In this document: piece by piece, positions 57,379 through 64,000 of the stretch
How positions within the stretch are numbered: the stretch's first letter is position 1
How the letters are laid out: the number at the start of each line of letters is the position of its first letter
DNA from: Candidatus Binatia bacterium
GTDB taxonomy: Bacteria; Desulfobacterota; Binatia; UBA12015
Reading direction: 5' to 3'
Assembly: GCA_035651755.1 (NCBI GenBank)
Contig: DASRFA010000056.1
Span: forward strand, 417,846 to 481,845
DNA: 64,000 nucleotides
Position numbers and translations under genes: made by a program
Notes under the pieces: generated by a model
The model's input: only the letters and a program-made list of their open reading frames with translations
Database searches by the model: none
What the model was told of the DNA's origin: nothing

Positions 57379-57988
57379 CGTCGCGATGAAGCGGAACCGT
57401 TCCGGGCACGATCTTCTCCGGCCCGTGCTCGAGGAAGTCCGTCGCCGTCTGCTTGCCGTGGATGTTGGCGATCGGCCGGCCCGGGCGCTCGAGCGTGATC
57501 CGCTCCTGGAGCTTCAGGAGCCCGTCGATGACGGCCTCCGGGCGCGGCGGGCAGCCCGGGACGTAGATGTCGACCGGGATGATCGTGTCGATGCCCTGCA
57601 CGACGGCGTAGTTGTTGTACGGGCCGCCCGTGTTCGTGCAGTTGCCGAACGAGAGCACCCACTTCGGGTCCGACATCTGCTCCCAGACCCGGCGGAGGAT
57701 CGGGGCCTGGCGATGCGTGATCGTTCCGACGACCAGAAGCAGATCCGACTGGCGCGGCGTGAAGCGGGGCAGCGTCATGCCAAAGCGGTCGGTGTCGAAG
57801 CGCGGACCGGTGACCGACATGTACTCCATGCCGCAGCACGCGGTGACGAACGGATACTGGAAGAACGCGTACTTCCGCGCCCACGCGAGCGCGTCCTGGT
57901 AGCGCGAGGTGATGAACGAGTCGCGCGCGTCGGTCCCGCCGGGCCGCCCGTCGGGATGGAGGAACTCTTCTTTGCTCTCGATGGCCAT
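57371..57988 (-). CDS. nuoB: NADH-quinone oxidoreductase subunit B (20 kDa; N2 4Fe-4S)
   Basis: ACCGMEYM, GNCTNTGG and GCPPRPE are present. The internal ATG (MAIESKEEF) is the start. The gene overlaps nuoG by 8 nt. Confidence 0.85.
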   Translation of the reverse strand: MAIESKEEFLHPDGRPGGTDARDSFITSRYQDALAWARKYAFFQYPFVTACCGMEYMSVTGPRFDTDRFGMTLPRFTPRQSDLLLVVGTITHRQAPILRRVWEQMSDPKWVLSFGNCTNTGGPYNNYAVVQGIDTIIPVDIYVPGCPPRPEAVIDGLLKLQERITLERPGRPIANIHGKQTATDFLEHGPEKIVPGTVPLHRDDD

Positions 57989-58095
57989 GCGCTCGATCCG
58001 GGGCGCAGCGCGCCCGCGCCCCCAGCAATCACCGTAACGGCGGGCTCTCCGCGGCACCAGCCCACCTGGCTTCAGCGGCCCTTACGCTGTGCATT

Positions 58096-58302
58096 TCAGA
58101 CCCTGAAGCCGGCGTTCGGCGACCAGTGGACGATGACGCCGGGGCCACCGGCGCCCTTCGCCGGGTCCATGTCCGAATCGCATCCGAACTCGCACGGCTC
58201 GCCGTCGACGCACGGCTGACAGCAGAAGACGACGCTGCCGCGCCGGATGCCGCGATCGACCGCGATCGGGCAGCCGCATTTCGGACACGTCAAGTTCGCC
58301 AT
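58096..58302 (-). CDS. small Cys-rich metal-binding protein (zinc-ribbon or metallothionein-like), hypothetical
   Basis: The 68-aa protein has 9 Cys (CPKCGC..CCQPC..CEFGC) and sits between the arnT-like gene and nuoB. Confidence 0.45.
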   Translation of the reverse strand: MANLTCPKCGCPIAVDRGIRRGSVVFCCQPCVDGEPCEFGCDSDMDPAKGAGGPGVIVHWSPNAGFRV

Positions 58303-58347
58303 CGCCGTGGTCTCTCCGAGCGTTCGACGGTGCGCGACGCAGGCCCG

Positions 58348-60114
58348 TCAGCTTCCGGTCGCCCGTTCGTGCACGGCGGCCGGCGCGCGCGCCGACTCGC
58401 CTCCCGGGGTCGGGAAGTTGACCAGTAGCACACGCTTCCCGTCGCTTGCGAGGACGCGGGGGGCGGGCGAGAGCGAGCTCGCGAGCTCTGGCACCATCGC
58501 GCGATCGGTCGCGATGAAGACCTTCCGGCCCGACGACCATTCGGCCTGGAGGCGGCCGAGGTCGCTCCAGAAGAACTCCCCGTAGTCGGCGGACGAGCGC
58601 GCGCTGTCCGTGATCTCGTTGAAGGTCGCGTGCGGGTCGAGCATCGTCACCCGGCCGCGCGTGTAGAAGGAAAGGCTCTGCATGAGCCGGCGGTAGCTGA
58701 CGACGAGCGGTCGGTCCGCAGGCACGGCTTCGCGCTCGATCGCGATCGCGAGGTCGCGCGTCGTCTTCGCGATCCCGCGGCCGCCGATCGCACCGAAGAG
58801 GGCGAGGCCGAGCCCGAGCACGAGCACGAGGAGCTGCGCCGGCGCGGCACCACCGCCGGTGCTCGCGTCGGAGCGCGCGCGCAGGACCATCCACCCGGCC
58901 CCGAACAGGGCGACCCCGGCCGACGCCGCGGCGAGCGCGAGCGCGCGGATCTCGGGAGGTTCGGCGTCGAACCGCGGCCCGACCCACGGCGCGGCGACCG
59001 CTCCGATCGCCGACCCGACGAGCACCACGCCTCCGACCGCGGCGAGGCACCACGCGACCGAGATGAGCGCGCGGCGGATCGCGACCGGCTCGTCCAGGGC
59101 GCGATCGATCCACGCGCCGGCGAGGAGCGCAAGAGCAGGAAACGCGGGCAGGACGTAGGGCGGGAGCTTCGAGCTTGCGGCCGAGAAGAAGAGCACGATG
59201 CCGCCCGCCCACAGGGAAAGCAGGCGCACCGGCGCACGCGGCAGGCTGCGCGCCGCGGCCCGCCCCGGCTTCTCGACCGCCAGCGCGGCGACCAGCAGGG
59301 TCCACGGCAGACCGCCCGCGATCACGATCGGCAGGTAGTAGAGCGGCCCTTCGGGATGCCCGACGGAGCGGGTCGCGAAGCGCTCGATGTGCTCGCGGAC
59401 GAAGAAGACGTACGGGAACTCCGGATTCCGGGTCGAGACCGCCGCGAACCACGGCACCGCGATCACCGCGAACACCGCGATCGGCGCCGGACGCAGAAAG
59501 GCGCGCACGGTCGCGAAGTCGCGCTGCCAGAGGAGGAACGCGAGGCCGATCGCCCCCGGCACGACGAGCGCGACGAGACCCTTCGCGAGGACGCCGAGCG
59601 CCACCGCGCCGGCGGCCGCCGCGCACCAGGGACCCTTCCGCTCCGCGCGGTGGGCGGCGAAGAGCGTCGCGAGCGTCGCCGTGAAGCAGGCGGTCAGCAG
59701 CACGTCGATCACGAGCACCTGGGAGAGGACGAAGAAGAGCGGGGTCGTCGCGAGGAGCGCGGCCGCGACGAGCGCCGCCCGTCTCCCGAACATCGCGAGC
59801 CCGAGGCGATGGACGAGCGCGATCGTCGCGATGCCGGCGAGAGCGGGCGCCAGGCGCGCCGACCACTCGCTCATGCCGAACGCGTGGTAGGACGCTCCGA
59901 CGAGCCAGTACAAGAGCGGCGGCTTCTCGAAATACTTGACGTAGTTGAGCCGCGGCGTGATCCAGTCGCCGAGCTCCAGCATCTCGCGCGGGATCTCCGC
60001 GTACCGGCCCTCGTCCGGGTCCTGGAGGACGAAGCCTCCGATCCGGCCCAGGTAGGCGATCGCGACGAGGGCGAGCCCGGTCCACGCGAGGATGCGAAGG
60101 CGGCGGTCGGTCAT
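58348..60114 (-). CDS. GT39/GT83 glycosyltransferase, ArnT/PMT-like (undecaprenyl-phosphate-sugar:acceptor transferase)
   Basis: The internal ATG at 60112-60114 gives MTDRRLRILAWTGLALVAIAY. DEGRYAEIPREMLELGDW is the ArnT/PMT loop motif. There are 11+ TM helices. The 773-aa track ORF has an arginine-rich leader. Confidence 0.8.
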   Translation of the reverse strand: MTDRRLRILAWTGLALVAIAYLGRIGGFVLQDPDEGRYAEIPREMLELGDWITPRLNYVKYFEKPPLLYWLVGASYHAFGMSEWSARLAPALAGIATIALVHRLGLAMFGRRAALVAAALLATTPLFFVLSQVLVIDVLLTACFTATLATLFAAHRAERKGPWCAAAAGAVALGVLAKGLVALVVPGAIGLAFLLWQRDFATVRAFLRPAPIAVFAVIAVPWFAAVSTRNPEFPYVFFVREHIERFATRSVGHPEGPLYYLPIVIAGGLPWTLLVAALAVEKPGRAAARSLPRAPVRLLSLWAGGIVLFFSAASSKLPPYVLPAFPALALLAGAWIDRALDEPVAIRRALISVAWCLAAVGGVVLVGSAIGAVAAPWVGPRFDAEPPEIRALALAAASAGVALFGAGWMVLRARSDASTGGGAAPAQLLVLVLGLGLALFGAIGGRGIAKTTRDLAIAIEREAVPADRPLVVSYRRLMQSLSFYTRGRVTMLDPHATFNEITDSARSSADYGEFFWSDLGRLQAEWSSGRKVFIATDRAMVPELASSLSPAPRVLASDGKRVLLVNFPTPGGESARAPAAVHERATGS

Positions 60115-61046
60115 GCCGGCACCTGGCACGCGACCGTCCCGCCGCGTCCCGGAAGGCGGCCCGGGGCGACGGCCGCGACCGGAAGCCGCTCCACCGGGGG
60201 CAGCATCGCGGCGATCTCCCCGAGCGTCACGACCGGCATGCGGTCGCGGACGCGGACGAGCAGCTCGTCGAGGTGCTGCAGGCAGGGCCCGCCCTCGACC
60301 TCGGTGTGGATCGTGTGGACGTTGAGCCCGTTCGGCCGAAGCCGCGCCGCGTACTCGGCTGCGATCGCCGCCGGCGTCGAATCGACGCGTCCCAGGAGCT
60401 CGTCGAGCGTCGGCAGCGTCGTCGGCAGCTCGGCCGTGCCCGCGACGTAGCCGCCCGCCTGCGGTCGGTACGGCGAGTCGCCGCGCGTGTCGCTGCGATA
60501 GCGGAAGCCGGCCCGATCGACGGCGCGCAGGCTCTCGCCGGTGCATTGCCAGCCCGGCGCGGCGAACGCCTGCGGCCGCCGCCCGAGGACCTCGTCGAAG
60601 AGCGCCGCGGCGCGCTCGATCTCGGCGGCGACCACCGCCGGCGCGAGATCCGCCAGCTCGTCGTGCCATCGGACGTGGTCCCAGCCGTGCACGCCGAGCT
60701 CGTGACCCGCCCGGTCGATCTCGCGCACGCGCTCGGGTTGCCGTGCGACGATCGGCGCGCTGGGGAGGAGCGTTCCGCGGAGCATCGTCTCGAGGGGGTA
60801 GAGCGACGGCGCACGCGAGCGCACCATCTTCGCGAGGAACCCCTTCTGGCGCAGCACGCGCCGGATCGACAGGCCGGTCCGGTCGGGCCCCATCGCGACG
60901 AAGAACGTCGCCTGCACGCCGTGGTGCGCGAGCAGCTCGAGGAGGCGCGGCGCGCCGTCGCGGAGGCCGAGGCGCGTGTCGACGTCCACCTTGAGCGCGA
61001 AGACGCCCTGCCAGGGCGCGCGCGCCGGCTCGGCGTCCGAGCCCAT
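60111..61046 (-). CDS. polysaccharide deacetylase family protein, ArnD-like (4-deoxy-4-formamido-L-arabinose-phosphoundecaprenol deformylase)
   Basis: The NodB-like motifs ATFFVAMGPD and HGWDHVRW are present. ATGA overlaps the arnT-like start. The ATG is at 61044-61046. Confidence 0.75.
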   Translation of the reverse strand: MGSDAEPARAPWQGVFALKVDVDTRLGLRDGAPRLLELLAHHGVQATFFVAMGPDRTGLSIRRVLRQKGFLAKMVRSRAPSLYPLETMLRGTLLPSAPIVARQPERVREIDRAGHELGVHGWDHVRWHDELADLAPAVVAAEIERAAALFDEVLGRRPQAFAAPGWQCTGESLRAVDRAGFRYRSDTRGDSPYRPQAGGYVAGTAELPTTLPTLDELLGRVDSTPAAIAAEYAARLRPNGLNVHTIHTEVEGGPCLQHLDELLVRVRDRMPVVTLGEIAAMLPPVERLPVAAVAPGRLPGRGGTVACQVPA

Positions 61047-61081
61047 GTCGGCCGCCGCCGCGTGCGCCGTCGCGTGGGCGC

Positions 61082-62035
61082 TCACTGCGTCCGGAACCAT
61101 TCGATCGTGCGCGCGAGGCCGTCGCGGAGCGACGTCGTCGCCTCGACGCCCAGCATCTTCCGCATGCGCGTCACGTCGGGAACGCGCCGCCCGATGTCCT
61201 CGTAGCTCGTCCCGTACACCTCCTCCTTCGTCACGAAGCGGATCGTGCTCGTGCTCCCGGAGAGCTCGATCATGAGCTTCGCGAGATCGAGGATGGAGGT
61301 CTCGACGTCGGTGCCGACGTTGAACACCCCGCCGTTCGTGCCGTCCGCGGTGCCGGCCGCGATCGTCGCCCGCACGGCGTCGTCGATGTAGGTGAAGCAG
61401 CGGGTCTGCTTGCCGTCTCCGATCACGGTCAGCGGCTCGCCGCGCAAGAGCTGCCCCATGAAGATCGTGATGATCCGGCCGACGTCGATCTTGTCGAGGC
61501 GCGGGCCGTACACGTTGAAGTAGCGCGTGATCGTCACCGGCAGGCCGAGCTTGTGGTACGCGAAGCAGAAGTGCTCTCCGACCGCCTTCGAGGTCGAGTA
61601 GCACCAGCGGTCGATGCGGGTGGAGCCGAGCACACGGTCGTCGTCTTCCGACCAGGGCAGCGCGGGATTGCGGCCATAGACCTCGGAGGTCGAGCTGAAC
61701 ACGACCTTCCGGCCGTACTTGAACGCGACCTTCAGCACGTTCTGCGTACCGTTCACGTTGACGTTGAGCACCTCGTAGGGATCGCCGACGTAGTGCTCGA
61801 CGCCGACGACCGCGGCGAGGTGGTAGACGAGGTCGACCTGCGCGACGAGCGAGTCGAGGATGTCGGTGCTCATCACGCTGTCGCGGACGATCCGGAAGTG
61901 GGAGTGCCCGACGAGGTGGCGCACCTTCTGCGTTCCGCCCGGCTCGAGGATGAAGACCTCGTCGCCGCGCGCGAGGAGCGCCTCGGCGAGGTGCGACCCG
62001 ACGAACCCGCCGCCGCCCGTGATGAGAATCTTCAC
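61082..62035 (-). CDS. NAD-dependent epimerase/dehydratase, UDP-glucuronate decarboxylase-like (ArnA C-terminal domain-like)
   Basis: The Rossmann motif is ILITGGGGFVGSHL. The catalytic motifs are STSEVYG and YSTSK (YxxxK). Length is 317 aa. Confidence 0.85.
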   Translation of the reverse strand: MKILITGGGGFVGSHLAEALLARGDEVFILEPGGTQKVRHLVGHSHFRIVRDSVMSTDILDSLVAQVDLVYHLAAVVGVEHYVGDPYEVLNVNVNGTQNVLKVAFKYGRKVVFSSTSEVYGRNPALPWSEDDDRVLGSTRIDRWCYSTSKAVGEHFCFAYHKLGLPVTITRYFNVYGPRLDKIDVGRIITIFMGQLLRGEPLTVIGDGKQTRCFTYIDDAVRATIAAGTADGTNGGVFNVGTDVETSILDLAKLMIELSGSTSTIRFVTKEEVYGTSYEDIGRRVPDVTRMRKMLGVEATTSLRDGLARTIEWFRTQ

Positions 62036-63030
62036 GCCGTTCGCTCCTTGATCTGCTCGTCGCTCGCGGCGACGCGCGCCCTCGCCTCACGGGCAACCGC
62101 ACCGTCGATCGCGACGGCGTCGAGCCGGCCGCCGTCGCGGACGCCGGCCTCGCGCGCCCACTCGCCGCCGGTCATCCGCCGACCCCGCCAGCCGACCGCG
62201 ACCAGCGCGAGCGCGCCGTCGCCGGTCGCGACCACGGGAGCGCCGTCGGCGAGGCGCATCTCCCCGGGCTCCGCCGCGGTCGCGGGGGCGGTCTCCGCCC
62301 ACCACACGATCAAATGCTCGCCGGACCAGGTCGTGAACGCGCCCGGCCACGGATCGGTCACCGCCCGCACGAGGTTCCGGATCCGCTCCGCGGGCCACCG
62401 CCAGTCGATGGCGCCGTCGCTCGGACGCCGCCCGCCGAAGTAGCTGGAGCGCGCGTGGTCCTGCGGCCAGCGCGGCGCGCGCCCGGCCGCGAGCAGCGGG
62501 TACGCCGCGCGCACCACCGCGCGCGCTTCCGCCGCGAGCTTCCGCGTCAGCGTGAGCGCGGTGTCGTCGCGCGCGATCGCGACCCGGCGCTGCGCCACGA
62601 TGTCGCCGTGGTCGGGCTTCTCGTCCATGTAGTGGAGAGTGACGCCGGTCTCGCTTTCGCCGTTCACGAGGACCCAGTTGACCGGCGCCCGGCCGCGATA
62701 GCGCGGCAGGAGCGAGCCGTGCAGGTTGAGCGCGCCCGCGCTCGCGAGCCCGAGCACCGCGGGCCGGAGCATCTGGCGGTAGTAGAACGAGAACAGCAGC
62801 TCGGGTCGGACGGCTGCGATCTCCGCGACGGCTTCCGGAGCGTTCGGGTCCTCCGGCGCGATCACGGGCACGCCTGCGCTCCGCGCCCGCTCCGCGACCG
62901 AGGCGAACCAGATCGACTCGCCCGGAGCGTCGCGGTGGGTGACGACGAGGCGGAGGTCGGCTCCGATCGCGAGCAGCTCGTCGAGGCAGGCGTGGCCGAC
63001 CTCGCTGTAGGCGCAGACCACCGTGCGCAC
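62032..63030 (-). CDS. formyltransferase, ArnA N-terminal domain-like (UDP-L-Ara4N formyltransferase)
   Basis: The GTG start at 63028-63030 gives (M)RTVVCAYSEVGHAC, like ArnA MKAVVFAYHDIGC. The formyl-transferase motif is LNLHGSLLPRYRGRAPVNW. The stop overlaps the next gene's start. Confidence 0.75.
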   Translation of the reverse strand: MRTVVCAYSEVGHACLDELLAIGADLRLVVTHRDAPGESIWFASVAERARSAGVPVIAPEDPNAPEAVAEIAAVRPELLFSFYYRQMLRPAVLGLASAGALNLHGSLLPRYRGRAPVNWVLVNGESETGVTLHYMDEKPDHGDIVAQRRVAIARDDTALTLTRKLAAEARAVVRAAYPLLAAGRAPRWPQDHARSSYFGGRRPSDGAIDWRWPAERIRNLVRAVTDPWPGAFTTWSGEHLIVWWAETAPATAAEPGEMRLADGAPVVATGDGALALVAVGWRGRRMTGGEWAREAGVRDGGRLDAVAIDGAVAREARARVAASDEQIKERTA

Positions 63031-63041
63031 GGCGGTGCCGC

Positions 63042-64000
63042 TCAGCCCGCCGCGTCCTCGCGCGGGCTTCCGTTCCGGACGACCTCGCGGATCTGGAAGA
63101 TCGGCCGTCGCCGCACCTCCGCGTAGATGCGCCCGACGTATTCCCCGACGAGGCCGACGGCCAGCAGAAGGACTCCCACGAACGCGAACAGGATCGCGAA
63201 CAGCGTGAACACGCCCTCGCTCTCCGGCCCGACGAAGAGCCGGCGGACGAACAGGAAGATCGCGAACGCCACCCCCAGGATCGCGATCACGACGCCCGAG
63301 AGGCTCACGAGCTGGATCGGAAGGAGAGAGAAGCCGGTGACGAGGTCGAAGCCGAGGCGCATCAGGCGGAGCGGCGAGTACTTCGATCGCCCGACCTCGC
63401 GCTCGTCGTGCGCGACGTCGATCTCGACCGGCCGGCGCGCGAGCATCGTCGCGAGCGCCGGGATGAACGACGACTGCTCGCCGAGCTCCACGATCTCGCG
63501 GGCGACCTCGCGCGAGTAGCCGCGCAGCATGCAGCCGTAGTCGCTCATCGCGACGCCGAGGCTCGCGGTCGTGACGCGGTTCACGAGCGACGAAACGCCC
63601 TTCCGGAGCCACGGGTCCTGGCGATGGGCTCGCACCGACCCGACGTAGTCGTGCCCGCGGCGCATCTCGGCGACGAGGCGGGGGATCTCCTCGGGCGGGT
63701 TCTGGAGGTCCGCGTCGAGCGTGACCACGTAGCGCCCGCGCACGACCGAGAAGCCGGCGAGCACGGCGGGGTGCTGTCCGAAGTTGCGCGACAGCTCGAC
63801 CGCGACGACCTCGGGGTGCGCGGCCGCGAGCCCGCGCAGGATCTCGGCGGAGCGGTCGCTCGAGCCGTCGTCGACGAGCACGAGCTCCCACGACTCGCCC
63901 GCGAGCGCGGCCGCGACCTTCGCGTGCAGCTCGTGGAGCGTGCCCTCCTCGTTGAAGACCGGCACGACGACCGAGATCTCGGGCGCCGGACGGCCGGTCG
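63042..64000 (-). CDS. GT2 glycosyltransferase, ArnC-like (undecaprenyl-phosphate 4-deoxy-4-formamido-L-arabinose transferase), 5'-partial at window edge
   Basis: The N-terminus ..ISVVVPVFNEEGTL..LVLVDDGSSDRS..TLDADLQNP is GT2/ArnC-like and two C-terminal TM helices are present. The frame is open to the window end, so the start lies beyond 64000. Confidence 0.8.
   Translation of the reverse strand, partial: TGRPAPEISVVVPVFNEEGTLHELHAKVAAALAGESWELVLVDDGSSDRSAEILRGLAAAHPEVVAVELSRNFGQHPAVLAGFSVVRGRYVVTLDADLQNPPEEIPRLVAEMRRGHDYVGSVRAHRQDPWLRKGVSSLVNRVTTASLGVAMSDYGCMLRGYSREVAREIVELGEQSSFIPALATMLARRPVEIDVAHDEREVGRSKYSPLRLMRLGFDLVTGFSLLPIQLVSLSGVVIAILGVAFAIFLFVRRLFVGPESEGVFTLFAILFAFVGVLLLAVGLVGEYVGRIYAEVRRRPIFQIREVVRNGSPREDAAG

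Noticed and set aside
58630-60450. 606-aa + strand ORF antisense to the ArnT-like gene
   Set aside because: It is antisense to a multi-TM GT39/83 protein with a clear ArnT/PMT loop motif and shows Arg/Glu/Asp bias.
1-64000. CRISPR arrays, transposases or integrases, and phage genes
   Set aside because: No regularly spaced short direct repeats, no DDE or tyrosine/serine recombinase-like ORFs and no phage structural genes were recognised. The only repeat-like element is the 8435-8611 inverted repeat, reported separately.

Overview
This is a very GC-rich (about 70% or more) bacterial chromosomal segment. Arginine-rich antisense ORFs are frequent in the six-frame track and most long ORFs there are artefacts, so genes were called from recognisable protein families, signal peptides and start/stop coupling. 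The content points to a myxobacterium-like deltaproteobacterial lineage: DUF4215-type 'Myxococcus cysteine-rich repeats', many secreted proteins and lipoproteins, several sigma/anti-sigma pairs, a 7TM sensor kinase and an NtrC-type regulator. The main blocks are as follows. 1556-6257 (-): a glycan-export locus with two consecutive Wzm/Wzt ABC-2 transporters and a GT2 between them, next to a divergent ECF sigma/RskA-like anti-sigma pair. 7915-22524: thioredoxin 2, an SDR, three small secreted proteins (two are paralogs), lnt translationally coupled to a lipoprotein, a sensor kinase and sigma-54 regulator, PrsW, GST, a phospholipase D-family protein and tRNA-Val. 22598-23616: a tandem pair of secreted TIMP/NTR-like proteins whose predicted mature N-terminus is Cys-Ser-Cys. 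23731-34893: acyl-CoA dehydrogenase, a thioredoxin-fold protein, a sulfatase-like lipoprotein, a UGSC-type selenoprotein gene with an in-frame UGA followed by a SECIS-like hairpin, a serine hydrolase and a 1557-aa S8 protease. 34946-48013: MaoC, purU, a cysteine-rich repeat protein, DNA polymerase II, a second ECF sigma with an anti-sigma/AsmA-like fusion, and two tandem CoA-transferases. 48039-64000 (-): a lipoprotein, an Omp85-family protein, a peripheral-arm-only nuo cluster in the order B-G-I-C-D-E-F, and an L-Ara4N (arn)-like cluster whose ArnA is split into two genes. No CRISPR array, transposase or integrase was recognised.
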